A stretch of DNA of 64,000 nucleotides from Auanema rhodensis (Eukaryota; Animalia; Nematoda): positions 5,022,001 through 5,086,000 of the forward strand of contig OZ059894.1 of assembly GCA_964057225.1 (NCBI GenBank), read 5' to 3'. A program made the translations under genes and the position numbers. This document shows positions 1 to 14,400 of this stretch, in pieces. Each line of letters begins with the position of its first letter. Position 1 is the first letter of the stretch. The notes beneath the pieces are model-generated. The model made no database searches and was not told the origin of the DNA. It was given only the letters and a program-made list of their open reading frames with translations.

Positions 1-96
1 GGAAACTCAACATACACTAATGCATCATTTTTCAAACGATCATAACTAATTTTTGTATTAAGCGTTCCTCAATGTAGTATAGTGCATTCGATGCGG

Positions 97-147
97 ATTT
101 TTAAGCTGCGTCGATCTGTGTTATCAGATTTGCGCTAGCTTAAAAAT
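97..147. other. Intra-monomer inverted repeat 1 (long imperfect hairpin; one per monomer)
   Basis: ATTTTTAAGCT (97-107) pairs with AGCTTAAAAAT (137-147). Inside it GCG (108-110) pairs with CGC (133-135) and ATCTG (114-118) with CAGAT (125-129), leaving a 6-nt loop. The 11-bp stem is perfect only in TTTTTAAG-allele monomers. Confidence 0.9.
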
Positions 148-164
148 GCACCGAGATATCAACT

Positions 165-186
165 GATATAAGTTCACACTTATATC
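165..186. other. Intra-monomer inverted repeat 2 (9-bp perfect stem, 4-nt loop)
   Basis: GATATAAGT (165-173), TCAC loop, ACTTATATC (178-186). It overlaps the dyad ATATCA-AC-TGATAT (156-169). Confidence 0.9.
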
Positions 187-288
187 CTTGATTTTCACCC
201 TGAAGAATTAATTTTTTCGTTGAATAACATTGTCCATCGTCTTTGCCTTGAAAAAAGGAATCTAAAAACATCTACTTTTTGCTAAATT

Positions 289-323
289 ATTTTGAAATTT
301 TTCGAAAAAATTTTTGTCAAAAT
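289..323. other. Intra-monomer inverted repeat 3 (A/T-tract palindrome)
   Basis: Perfect TTTTTCGAAAAA (298-309), flanked by ATTTTGA (289-295) and TCAAAAT (317-323). Confidence 0.8.
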
Positions 324-335
324 GTTTTTGGAAGC

Positions 336-365
336 TATGTTGAGTGTACATGGAAACTCAACATA
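336..365. other. Intra-monomer inverted repeat 4 (10-bp perfect stem, 10-nt loop)
   Basis: TATGTTGAGT (336-345), GTACATGGAA loop, ACTCAACATA (356-365). Confidence 0.9.
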
Positions 366-3300
366 CACTAATGCATCATTTTTCAAACGATCATAACTAA
401 TTTTTGTATTAAGCGTTTCTCAAAGTAGTATAGTGCATTCGATGCGGATTTCCAAGCTGCGTCGATCTGTGTTATCAGATTTGCGCTAGCTTAAAAATGC
501 ACCGAGATATCAACTGATATAAGTTCACACTTATATCCTTGATTTTCACCCTGGAGAATTAATTTTTTCGTTGAATAACATTGTCCATCGTCTTTGCCTT
601 GAAAAAAGGAATCTAAAAACATCTACTTTTTGCTAAATTATTTTGAAATTTTTCGAAAAAATTTTTGTCAAAATGTTTTTGGAAGCAATGTTGAGTGTAC
701 ATGGAAACTCAACATACACTAATGCATCATTTTTCAAACGATCATAACTAATTTTTGTATTAAGCGTTTCTCAAAGTAGTATAGTGCATTCGATGCGGAT
801 TTTCAAGTTGCGTCGATCTGTGTTATCAGATTTGCGCTAGCTTAAAAATGCACCGAGATATCAACTGATATAAGTTCACACTTATATCCTCGATTTTCAC
901 CCTGAAGAATTAATTTTTTCGTTGAATAACATTGTCCATCGTCTTTGCCTTGAAAAAAGGAATCTAAAAACATCTACTTTTTGCTAAATTATTTTGAAAT
1001 TTTTCGAAAAAATTTTTGTCAAAATGTTTTTGGAAGCTATGTTGAGTGTACATGGAAACTCAACATACACTTATGCATCATTTTTCAAACGATCATAACT
1101 AATTTTTGTATTAAGCGTTCCTCAATGTAGTATAGTGCATTCGATGCGGATTTTTAAGCTGCGTCGATCTGTGTTATCAGATTTGCGCTAGCTTAAAAAT
1201 GCACCGAGATATCAACTGATATAAGTTCACACTTATATCTTTGATTTTCACCCTGTAGAATTAATTTTTTCGTTGAATAACATTGTCCATCGTCTTTGCC
1301 TTGAAAAAAGGAATCTAAAAACATCTACTTTTTGCTAAATTATTTTGAAATTTTTCGAAAAAATTTTTGTCAAAATGTTTTTGGAAGCTATGTTGAGTGT
1401 ACATGGAAACTCAACATACACTTATGCATCATTTTTCAAACGATCATAACTAATTTTTGTATTAAGCGTTCCTCAATGTAGTATAGTGCATTCGATGCGG
1501 ATTTTTAAGCTGCGTCGATCTGTGTTATCAGATTTGCGCTAGCTTAAAAATGCACCGAGATATCAACTGATATAAGTTCACACTTATATCCTCGATTTTC
1601 ACCCTGAAGAATTAATTTTTTCGTTGAATAACATTGTCCATCGTCTTTGCCTTGAAAAAAGGAATCTAAAAACATCTACTTTTTGCTAAATTGTTTTGAA
1701 ATTTTTCGAAAAAATTTTTGTCAAAATGTTTTTGGAAGCTATGTTGAGTGTACATGGAAACTCAACATACACTAATGCATCATTTTTCAAACGATCATAA
1801 CTAATTTTTGTATTAAGCGTTTCTCAAAGTAGTATAGTGCATTCGATGCGGATTTCCAAGCTGCGTCGATCTGTGTTATCAGATTTGCGCTAGCTTAAAA
1901 ATGCACCGAGATATCAACTGATATAAGTTCACACTTATATCCTTGATTTTCACCCTGGAGAATTAATTTTTTCGTTGAATAACATTGTCCATCGTCTTTG
2001 CCTTGAAAAAAGGAATCTAAAAACATCTACTTTTTGCTAAATTATTTTGAAATTTTTCGAAAAAATTTTTGTCAAAATGTTTTTGGAAGCTATGTTGAGT
2101 GTACATGGAAACTCAACATACACTTATGCATCATTTTTCAAACGATCATAACTAATTTTTGTATTAAGCGTTCCTCAATGTAGTATAGTGCATTCGATGC
2201 GGATTTTTAAGCTGCGTCGATCTGTGTTATCAGATTTGCGCTAGCTTAAAAATGCACCGAGATATCAACTGATATAAGTTCACACTTATATCTTTGATTT
2301 TCACCCTGTAGAATTAATTTTTTCGTTGAATAACATTGTCCATCGTCTTTGCCTTGAAAAAAGGAATCTAAAAACATCTACTTTTTGCTAAATTATTTTG
2401 AAATTTTTCGAAAAAATTTTTGTCAAAATGTTTTTGGAAGCTATGTTGAGTGTACATGGAAACTCAACATACACTTATGCATCATTTTTCAAACGATCAT
2501 AACTAATTTTTGTATTAAGCGTTCCTCAATGTAGTATAGTGCATTCGATGCGGATTTTTAAGCTGCGTCGATCTGTGTTATCAGATTTGCGCTAGCTTAA
2601 AAATGCACCGAGATATCAACTGATATAAGTTCACACTTATATCCTCGATTTTCACCCTGAAGAATTAATTTTTTCGTTGAATAACATTGTCCATCGTCTT
2701 TGCCTTGAAAAAAGGAATCTAAAAACATCTACTTTTTGCTAAATTGTTTTGAAATTTTTCGAAAAAATTTTTGTCAAAATGTTTTTGGAAGCTATGTTGA
2801 GTGTACATGGAAACTCAACATACACTAATGCATCATTTTTCAAACGATCATAACTAATTTTTGTATTAAGCGTTTCTCAAAGTAGTATAGTGCATTCGAT
2901 GCGGATTTCCAAGCTGCGTCGATCTGTGTTATCAGATTTGCGCTAGCTTAAAAATGCACCGAGATATCAACTGATATAAGTTCACACTTATATCCTCCAT
3001 TTTCACCCTGAAGAATTAATTTTTTCGTTGAATAACATTGTCCATCGTCTTTGCCTTGAAAAAAGGAATCTAAAAACATCTACTTTTTGCTAAATTATTT
3101 TGAAATTTTTCGAAAAAATTTTTGTCAAAATGTTTTTGGAAGCTATGTTGAGTGTACATGGAAACTCAACATACACTAATGCATCATTTTTCAAACGATC
3201 ATAACTAATTTTTGTATTAAGCGTTTCTCAAAGTAGTATAGTGCATTCGATGCGGATTTCCAAGCTGCGTCGATCTGTGTTATCAGATTTGCGCTAGCTT

Positions 3301-6300
3301 AAAAATGCACCGAGATATCAACTGATATAAGTTCACACTTATATCCTCCATTTTCACCCTGAAGAATTAATTTTTTCGTTGAATAACATTGTCCATCGTC
3401 TTTGCCTTGAAAAAAGGAATCTAAAAACATCTACTTTTTGCTAAATTATTTTGAAATTTTTCGAAAAAATTTTTGTCAAAATGTTTTTGGAAGCTATGTT
3501 GAGTGTACATGGAAACTCAACATACACTTATGCATCATTTTTCAAACGATCATAACTAATTTTTGTATTAAGCGTTCCTCAATGTAGTATAGTGCATTCG
3601 ATGCGGATTTTTAAGCTGCGTCGATCTGTGTTATCAGATTTGCGCTAGCTTAAAAATGCACCGAGATATCAACTGATATAAGTTCACACTTATATCCTTG
3701 ATTTTCACCCTGGAGAATTAATTTTTTCGTTGAATAACATTGTCCATCGTCTTTGCCTTGAAAAAAGGAATCTAAAAACATCTACTTTTTGCTAAATTAT
3801 TTTGAAATTTTTCGAAAAAATTTTTGTCAAAATGTTTTTGGAAGCTATGTTGAGTGTACATGGAAACTCAACATACACTTATGCATCATTTTTCAAACGA
3901 TCATAACTAATTTTTGTATTAAGCGTTTCTCAAAGTAGTATAGTGCATTCGATGCGGATTTTCAAGTTGCGTCGATCTGTGTTATCAGATTTGCGCTAGC
4001 TTAAAAATGCACCGAGATATCAACTGATATAAGTTCACACTTATATCCTCGATTTTCACCCTGAAGAATTAATTTTTTCGTTGAATAACATTGTCCATCG
4101 TCTTCGCCTTGAAAAAAGGAATCTAATAACATCTACTTTTTGCTAAATTATTTTGAAATTTTTCGAAAAAATTTTTGTCAAAATGTTTTTGGAAGCTATG
4201 TTGAGTGTACATGGAAACTCAACATACACTAATGCATCATTTTTCAAACGATCATAACTAATTTTTGTATTAAGCGTTTCTCAAAGTAGTATAGTGCATT
4301 CGATGCGGATTTCCAAGCTGCGTCGATCTGTGTTATCAGATTTGCGCTAGCTTAAAAATGCACCGAGATATCAACTGATATAAGTTCACACTTATATCCT
4401 CCATTTTCTCCCTGAAGAATTAATTTTTTCGTTGAATAACATTGTCCATCGTCTTTGCCTTGAAAAAAGGAATCTAAAAACATCTACTTTTTGCTAAATT
4501 ATTTTGAAATTTTTCGAAAAAATTTTTGTCAAAATGTTTTTGGAAGCTATGTTGAGTGTACATGGAAACTCAACATACACTAATGCATCATTTTTCAAAC
4601 GATCATAACTAATTTTTGTATTAAGCGTTCCTCAATGTAGTATAGTGCATTCGATGCGGATTTTTAAGCTGCGTCGATCTGTGTTATCAGATTTGCGCTA
4701 GCTTAAAAATGCACCGAGATATCAACTGATATAAGTTCACACTTATATCCTTGATTTTCACCCTGGAGAATTAATTTTTTCGTTGAATAACATTGTCCAT
4801 CGTCTTTGCCTTGAAAAAAGGAATCTAAAAACATCTACTTTTTGCTAAATTATTTTGAAATTTTTCGAAAAAATTTTTGTCAAAATGTTTTTGGAAGCTA
4901 TGTTGAGTGTACATGGAAACTCAACATACACTTATGCATCATTTTTCAAACGATCATAACTAATTTTTGTATTAAGCGTTTCTCAAAGTAGTATAGTGCA
5001 TTCGATGCGGATTTTCAAGTTGCGTCGATCTGTGTTATCAGATTTGCGCTAGCTTAAAAATGCACCGAGATATCAACTGATATAAGTTCACACTTATATC
5101 CTCGATTTTCACCCTGAAGAATTAATTTTTTCGTTGAATAACATTGTCCATCGTCTTCGCCTTGAAAAAAGGAATCTAATAACATCTACTTTTTGCTAAA
5201 TTATTTTGAAATTTTTCGAAAAAATTTTTGTCAAAATGTTTTTGGAAGCTATGTTGAGTGTACATGGAAACTCAACATACACTAATGCATCATTTTTCAA
5301 ACGATCATAACTAATTTTTGTATTAAGCGTTTCTCAAAGTAGTATAGTGCATTCGATGCGGATTTCCAAGCTGCGTCGATCTGTGTTATCAGATTTGCGC
5401 TAGCTTAAAAATGCACCGAGATATCAACTGATATAAGTTCACACTTATATCCTCCATTTTCTCCCTGAAGAATTAATTTTTTCGTTGAATAACATTGTCC
5501 ATCGTCTTTGCCTTGAAAAAAGGAATCTAAAAACATCTACTTTTTGCTAAATTATTTTGAAATTTTTCGAAAAAATTTTTGTCAAAATGTTTTTGGAAGC
5601 TATGTTGAGTGTACATGGAAACTCAACATACACTAATGCATCATTTTTCAAACGATCATAACTAATTTTTGTATTAAGCGTTCCTCAATGTAGTATAGTG
5701 CATTCGATGCGGATTTTTAAGCTGCGTCGATCTGTGTTATCAGATTTGCGCTAGCTTAAAAATGCACCGAGATATCAACTGATATAAGTTCACACTTATA
5801 TCCTTGATTTTCACCCTGAAGAATTAATTTTTTCGTTGAATAACATTGTCCATCGTCTTTGCCTTGAAAAAAGGAATCTAAAAACATCTACTTTTTGCTA
5901 AATTATTTTGAAATTTTTCGAAAAAATTTTTGTCAAAATGTTTTTGGAAGCTATGTTGAGTGTACATGGAAACTCAACATACACTAATGCATCATTTTTC
6001 AAACGATCATAACTAATTTTTGTATTAAGCGTTTCTCAAAGTAGTATAGTGCATTCGATGCGGATTTCCAAGCTGCGTCGATCTGTGTTATCAGATTTGC
6101 GCTAGCTTAAAAATGCACCGAGATATCAACTGATATAAGTTCACACTTATATCCTCCATTTTCACCCTGAAGAATTAATTTTTTCGTTGAATAACATTGT
6201 CCATCGTCTTTGCCTTGAAAAAAGGAATCTAAAAACTTCTACTTTTGCTAAATTATTTTGAAATTTTTCGAAAAAATTTTTGTCAAAATGTTTTTGGAAG

Positions 6301-8072
6301 CTATGTTGAGTGTACATGGAAACTCAACATACACTTATGCATCATTTTTCAAACGATCATAACTAATTTTTGTATTAAGCGTTCCTCAATGTAGTATAGT
6401 GCATTCGATGCGGATTTTTAAGCTGCGTCGATCTGTGTTATCAGATTTGCGCTAGCTTAAAAATGCACCGAGATATCAACTGATATAAGTTCACACTTAT
6501 ATCCTTGATTTTCACCCTGGAGAATTAATTTTTTCGTTGAATAACATTGTCCATCGTCTTTGCCTTGAAAAAAGGAATCTAAAAACATCTACTTTTTGCT
6601 AAATTATTTTGAAATTTTTCGAAAAAATTTTTGTCAAAATGTTTTTGGAAGCTATGTTGAGTGTACATGGAAACTCAACATACACTTATGCATCATTTTT
6701 CAAACGATCATAACTAATTTTTGTATTAAGCGTTTCTCAAAGTAGTATAGTGCATTCGATGCGGATTTTCAAGTTGCGTCGATCTGTGTTATCAGATTTG
6801 CGCTAGCTTAAAAATGCACCGAGATATCAACTGATATAAGTTCACACTTATATCCTCGATTTTCACCCTGAAGAATTAATTTTTTCGTTGAATAACATTG
6901 TCCATCGTCTTTGCCTTGAAAAAAGGAATCTAAAAACATCTACTTTTTGCTAAATTATTTTGAAATTTTTCGAAAAAATTTTTGTCAAAATGTTTTTGGA
7001 AGCTATGTTGAGTGTACATGGAAACTCAACATACACTAATGCATCATTTTTCAAACGATCATAACTAATTTTTGTATTAAGCGTTTCTCAAAGTAGTATA
7101 GTGCATTCGATGCGGATTTCCAAGCTGCGTCGATCTGTGTTATCAGATTTGCGCTAGCTTAAAAATGCACCGAGATATCAACTGATATAAGTTCACACTT
7201 ATATCTTCGATTTTCACCCTGAAGAATTGATTTTTTCGTTGAATAACATTGTCCATCGTCTTTGCCTTGAAAAAAGGAATCTAAAAACATCTACTTTTTG
7301 CTAAATTATTTTGAAATTTTTCGAAAAAATTTTTGTCAAAATGTTTTTGGAAGCTATGTTGAGTGTACATGGAAACTCAACATACACTAATGCATCATTT
7401 TTCAAACGATCATAACTAATTTTTGTATTAAGCGTTTCTCAAAGTAGTATAGTGCATTCGATGCGGATTTCCAAGCTGCGTCGATCTGTGTTATCAGATT
7501 TGCGCTAGCTTAAAAATGCACCGAGATATCAACTGATATAAGTTCACACTTATATCCTCCATTTTCACCCTGAAGAATTAATTTTTTCGTTGAATAACAT
7601 TGTCCATCGTCTTTGCCTTGAAAAAAGGAATCTAAAAACATCTACTTTTTGCTAAATTATTTTGAAATTTTTCGAAAAAATTTTTGTCAAAATGTTTTTG
7701 GAAGCTATGTTGAGTGTACATGGAAACTCAACATACACTTATGCATCATTTTTCAAACGATCATAACTAATTTTTGTATTAAGCGTTTCTCAAAGTAGTA
7801 TAGTGCATTCGATGCGGATTTTCAAGTTGCGTCGATCTGTGTTATCAGATTTGCGCTAGCTTAAAAATGCACCGAGATATCAACTGATATAAGTTCACAC
7901 TTATATCCTCGATTTTCACCCTGAAGAATTAATTTTTTCGTTGAATAACATTGTCCATCGTCTTTGCCTTGAAAAAAGGAATCTAAAAACATCTACTTTT
8001 TGCTAAATTATTTTGAAATTTTTCGAAAAAATTTTTGTCAAAATGTTTTTGGAAGCTATGTTGAGTGTACAT

Positions 8073-8409
8073 GGAAACTCAACATACACTAATGCATCAT
8101 TTTTCAAACGATCATAACTAATTTTTGTATTAAGCGTTTCTCAAAGTAGTATAGTGCATTCGATGCGGATTTCCAAGCTGCGTCGATCTGTGTTATCAGA
8201 TTTGCGCTAGCTTAAAAATGCACCGAGATATCAACTGATATAAGTTCACACTTATATCCTCCATTTTCACCCTGAAGAATTAATTTTTTCGTTGAATAAC
8301 ATTGTCCATCGTCTTTGCCTTGAAAAAAGGAATCTAAAAACATCTACTTTTTGCCAAATTATTTTGAAATTTTTCGAAAAAATTTTTGGAAGCTATGTTG
8401 AGTGTACAT
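8073..8409 (+). repeat. 337-bp deletion-variant monomer (copy 1 of 3; others have junctions at 13287 and 22048)
   Basis: AATTTTTG|GAAGC replaces AATTTTTGTCAAAATGTTTTTGGAAGC. Linked to the GCTAAA>GCCAAA SNP. Confidence 0.95.
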
Positions 8410-11400
8410 GGAAACTCAACATACACTAATGCATCATTTTTCAAACGATCATAACTATTTTTGTATTAAGCGTTCCTCAATGTAGTATAGTGCATTCGAT
8501 GCGGATTTTTAAGCTGCGTCGATCTGTGTTATCAGATTTGCGCTAGCTTAAAAATGCACCGAGATATCAACTGATATAAGTTCACACTTATATCCTTGAT
8601 TTTCACCCTGAAGAATTAATTTTTTCGTTGAATAACATTGTCCATCGTCTTTGCCTTGAAAAAAGGAATCTAAAAACATCTACTTTTTGCTAAATTATTT
8701 TGAAATTTTTCGAAAAAATTTTTGTCAAAATGTTTTTGGAAGCTATGTTGAGTGTACATGGAAACTCAACATACACTTATGCATCATTTTTCAAACGATC
8801 ATAACTAATTTTTGTATTAAGCGTTTCTCAAAGTAGTATAGTGCATTCGATGCGGATTTTCAAGTTGCGTCGATCTGTGTTATCAGATTTGCGCTAGCTT
8901 AAAAATGCACCGAGATATCAACTGATATAAGTTCACACTTATATCCTCGATTTTCACCCTGAAGAATTAATTTTTTCGTTGAATAACATTGTCCATCGTC
9001 TTTGCCTTGAAAAATGGAATCTAAAAACATCTACTTTTTGCTAAATTATTTTGAAATTTTTCGAAACAATTTTTGTCAAAATGTTTTTGGAAGCAATGTT
9101 GAGTGTACATGGAAACTCAACATACACTAATGCATCATTTTTCAAACGATCATAACTAATTTTTGTATCAAGCGTTTCTTAATGTAGTATAGTGCATTCG
9201 ATGCGGATTTTTAAGCTGCGTCGATCTGTGTTATCAGATTTGCGCTAGCTTAAAAATGCACCGAGATATCAACTGATATAAGTTCACACTTATATCCTCG
9301 ATTTTCACCCTGAAGAAATAATTTTTTCGTTGAATAACATTGTCCATCGTCTTTGCCTTGAAAAAAGGAATCTAAAAACATTTAATTTTTGCTGAATTAT
9401 TTTGAAATTTTTCGAAAAAATTTTTGTCAAAATGTTTTTGGAAGCTATGTTGAGTGTACATGGAAACTCAACATACACTTATGCATCATTTTTCAAACGA
9501 TCATAACTAATTTTTGTATTAAGCGTTCCTCAATGTAGTATAGTGCATTCGATGCGGATTTTTAAGCTGCGTCGATCTGTGTTATCAGATTTGCGCTAGC
9601 TTAAAAATGCACCGAGATATCAACTGATATAAGTTCACACTTATATCCTCGATTTTCACCCTGAAGAATTAATTTTTTCGTTGAATAACATTGTCCATCG
9701 TCTTTGCCTTGAAAAAAGGAATCTAAAAACATCTACTTTTTGCTAAATTGTTTTGAAATTTTTCGAAAAAATTTTTGTCAAAATGTTTTTGGAAGCTATG
9801 TTGAGTGTACATGGAAACTCAACATACACTAATGCATCATTTTTCAAACGATCATAACTAATTTTTGTATTAAGCGTTTCTCAAAGTAGTATAGTGCATT
9901 CGATGCGGATTTCCAAGCTGCGTCGATCTGTGTTATCAGATTTGCGCTAGCTTAAAAATGCACCGAGATATCAACTGATATAAGTTCACACTTATATCCT
10001 CCATTTTCACCCTGAAGAATTAATTTTTTCGTTGAATAACATTGTCCATCGTCTTTGCCTTGAAAAAAGGAATCTAAAAACATCTACTTTTTGCTAAATT
10101 ATTTTGAAATTTTTCGAAAAAATTTTTGTCAAAATGTTTTTGGAAGCTATGTTGAGTGTACATGGAAACTCAACATACACTAATGCATCATTTTTCAAAC
10201 GATCATAACTAATTTTTGTATTAAGCGTTTCTCAAAGTAGTATAGTGCATTCGATGCGGATTTCCAAGCTGCGTCGATCTGTGTTATCAGATTTGCGCTA
10301 GCTTAAAAATGCACCGAGATATCAACTGATATAAGTTCACACTTATATCCTTGATTTTCACCCTGGAGAATTAATTTTTTCGTTGAATAACATTGTCCAT
10401 CGTCTTTGCCTTGAAAAAAGGAATCTAAAAACATCTACTTTTTGCTAAATTATTTTGAAATTTTTCGAAAAAATTTTTGTCAAAATGTTTTTGGAAGCTA
10501 TGTTGAGTGTACATGGAAACTCAACATACACTTATGCATCATTTTTCAAACGATCATAACTAATTTTTGTATTAAGCGTTTCTCAAAGTAGTATAGTGCA
10601 TTCGATGCGGATTTTCAAGTTGCGTCGATCTGTGTTATCAGATTTGCGCTAGCTTAAAAATGCACCGAGATATCAACTGATATAAGTTCACACTTATATC
10701 CTCGATTTTCACCCTGAAGAATTAATTTTTTCGTTGAATAACATTGTCCATCGTCTTTGCCTTGAAAAAAGGAATCTAAAAACATCTACTTTTTGCTAAA
10801 TTATTTTGAAATTTTTCGAAAAAATTTTTGTCAAAATGTTTTTGGAAGCTATGTTGAGTGTACATGGAAACTCAACATACACTAATGCATCATTTTTCAA
10901 ACGATCATAACTAATTTTTGTATTAAGCGTTTCTCAAAGTAGTATAGTGCATTCGATGCGGATTTCCAAGCTGCGTCGATCTGTGTTATCAGATTTGCGC
11001 TAGCTTAAAAATGCACCGAGATATCAACTGATATAAGTTCACACTTATATCCTCGATTTTCACCCTGAAGAATTAATTTTTTCGTTGAATAACATTGTCC
11101 ATCGTCTTTGCCTTGAAAAAAGGAATCTAAAAACATCTACTTTTTGCTAAATTATTTTGAAATTTTTCGAAAAAATTTTTGTCAAAATGTTTTTGGAAGC
11201 TATGTTGAGTGTACATGGAAACTCAACATACACTAATGCATCATTTTTCAAACGATCATAACTAATTTTTGTATTAAGCGTTTCTCAAAGTAGTATAGTG
11301 CATTCGATGCGGATTTCCAAGCTGCGTCGATCTGTGTTATCAGATTTGCGCTAGCTTAAAAATGCACCGAGATATCAACTGATATAAGTTCACACTTATA

Positions 11401-14400
11401 TCCTTGATTTTCACCCTGGAGAATTAATTTTTTCGTTGAATAACATTGTCCATCGTCTTTGCCTTGAAAAAAGGAATCTAAAAACATCTACTTTTTGCTA
11501 AATTATTTTGAAATTTTTCGAAAAAATTTTTGTCAAAATGTTTTTGGAAGCTATGTTGAGTGTACATGGAAACTCAACATACACTTATGCATCATTTTTC
11601 AAACGATCATAACTAATTTTTGTATTAAGCGTTTCTCAAAGTAGTATAGTGCATTCGATGCGGATTTTCAAGTTGCGTCGATCTGTGTTATCAGATTTGC
11701 GCTAGCTTAAAAATGCACCGAGATATCAACTGATATAAGTTCACACTTATATCCTCGATTTTCACCCTGAAGAATTAATTTTTTCGTTGAATAACATTGT
11801 CCATCGTCTTTGCCTTGAAAAAAGAAATCTAAAAACATCTACTTTTTGCTAAATTATTTTGAAATTTTTCGAAAAAATTTTTGTCAAAATGTTTTTGGAA
11901 GCTATGTTGAGTGTACATGGAAACTCAACATACACTAATGCATCATTTTTCAAACGATCATAACTAATTTTTGTATTAAGCGTTTCTCAAAGTAGTATAG
12001 TGCATTCGATGCGGATTTCCAAGCTGCGTCGATCTGTGTTATCAGATTTGCGCTAGCTTAAAAATGCACCGAGATATCAACTGATATAAGTTCACACTTA
12101 TATCTTCGATTTTCACCCTGAAGAATTGATTTTTTCGTTGAATAACATTGTCCATCGTCTTTGCCTTGAAAAAAGGAATCTAAAAACATCTACTTTTTGC
12201 TAAATTATTTTGAAATTTTTCGAAAAAATTTTTGTCAAAATGTTTTTGGAAGCTATGTTGAGTGTACATGGAAACTCAACATACACTAATGCATCATTTT
12301 TCAAACGATCATAACTAATTTTTGTATTAAGCGTTTCTCAAAGTAGTATAGTGCATTCGATGCGGATTTCCAAGCTGCGTCGATCTGTGTTATCAGATTT
12401 GCGCTAGCTTAAAAATGCACCGAGATATCAACTGATATAAGTTCACACTTATATCCTCCATTTTCACCCTGAAGAATTAATTTTTTCGTTGAATAACATT
12501 GTCCATCGTCTTTGCCTTGAAAAAAGGAATCTAAAAACATCTACTTTTTGCTAAATTATTTTGAAATTTTTCGAAAAAATTTTTGTCAAAATGTTTTTGG
12601 AAGCTATGTTGAGTGTACATGGAAACTCAACATACACTTATGCATCATTTTTCAAACGATCATAACTAATTTTTGTATTAAGCGTTTCTCAAAGTAGTAT
12701 AGTGCATTCGATGCGGATTTTCAAGTTGCGTCGATCTGTGTTATCAGATTTGCGCTAGCTTAAAAATGCACCGAGATATCAACTGATATAAGTTCACACT
12801 TATATCCTCGATTTTCACCCTGAAGAATTAATTTTTTCGTTGAATAACATTGTCCATCGTCTTTGCCTTGAAAAAAGGAATCTAAAAACATCTACTTTTT
12901 GCTAAATTATTTTGAAATTTTTCGAAAAAATTTTTGTCAAAATGTTTTTGGAAGCTATGTTGAGTGTACATGGAAACTCAACATACACTAATGCATCATT
13001 TTTCAAACGATCATAACTAATTTTTGTATTAAGCGTTTCTCAAAGTAGTATAGTGCATTCGATGCGGATTTCCAAGCTGCGTCGATCTGTGTTATCAGAT
13101 TTGCGCTAGCTTAAAAATGCACCGAGATATCAACTGATATAAGTTCACACTTATATCCTCCATTTTCACCCTGAAGAATTAATTTTTTCGTTGAATAACA
13201 TTGTCCATCGTCTTTGCCTTGAAAAAAGGAATCTAAAAACATCTACTTTTTGCCAAATTATTTTGAAATTTTTCGAAAAAATTTTTGGAAGCTATGTTGA
13301 GTGTACATGGAAACTCAACATACACTAATGCATCATTTTTCAAACGATCATAACTAATTTTTGTATTAAGCGTTCCTCAATGTAGTATAGTGCATTCGAT
13401 GCGGATTTTTAAGCTGCGTCGATCTGTGTTATCAGATTTGCGCTAGCTTAAAAATGCACCGAGATATCAACTGATATAAGTTCACACTTATATCCTTGAT
13501 TTTCACCCTGAAGAATTAATTTTTTCGTTGAATAACATTGTCCATCGTCTTTGCCTTGAAAAAAGGAATCTAAAAACATCTACTTTTTGCTAAATTATTT
13601 TGAAATTTTTCGAAAAAATTTTTGTCAAAATGTTTTTGGAAGCTATGTTGAGTGTACATGGAAACTCAACATACACTTATGCATCATTTTTCAAACGATC
13701 ATAACTAATTTTTGTATTAAGCGTTTCTCAAAGTAGTATAGTGCATTCGATGCGGATTTTCAAGTTGCGTCGATCTGTGTTATCAGATTTGCGCTAGCTT
13801 AAAAATGCACCGAGATATCAACTGATATAAGTTCACACTTATATCCTCGATTTTCACCCTGAAGAATTAATTTTTTCGTTGAATAACATTGTCCATCGTC
13901 TTTGCCTTGAAAAAAGGAATCTAAAAACATCTACTTTTTGCTAAATTATTTTGAAATTTTTCGAAAAAATTTTTGTCAAAATGTTTTTGGAAGCTATGTT
14001 GAGTGTACATGGAAACTCAACATACACTTATGCATCATTTTTCAAACGATCATAACTAATTTTTGTATTAAGCGTTCCTCAATGTAGTATAGTGCATTCG
14101 ATGCGGATTTTTAAGCTGCGTCGATCTGTGTTATCAGATTTGCGCTAGCTTAAAAATGCACCGAGATATCAACTGATATAAGTTCACACTTATATCCTCG
14201 ATTTTCACCCTGAAGAATTAATTTTTTCGTTGAATAACATTGTCCATCGTCTTTGCCTTGAAAAAAGGAATCTAAAAACATCTACTTTTTGCTAAATTGT
14301 TTTGAAATTTTTCGAAAAAATTTTTGTCAAAATGTTTTTGGAAGCTATGTTGAGTGTACATGGAAACTCAACATACACTAATGCATCATTTTTCAAACGA

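Noticed and set aside
20-225. Possible ancient dimeric substructure (ATTTTCA...TAATTTTT at ~27-55 versus ~191-217)
   Set aside because: The similarity is short and low-complexity and cannot be told from chance without alignment statistics.
215-231. CENP-B-box-like motif TTTCGTTGAATAACATT
   Set aside because: It matches the TTCG....A half of the NTTCGNNNNANNCGGGN consensus but lacks the essential CGGG.
1-351. Identity with a named repeat (Drosophila 359-bp, Tribolium ~360-bp satellite, 5S rDNA, tRNA or SL-RNA arrays)
   Set aside because: Only length and AT content are similar. I recognise no diagnostic sequence; a BLAST, Dfam or Rfam search is needed.
6236-8460. Single-base deletions at ~6245 and ~8457
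   Set aside because: Singletons at homopolymer runs. The ~8457 one is absent from the paralogous block, so these may be sequencing errors.
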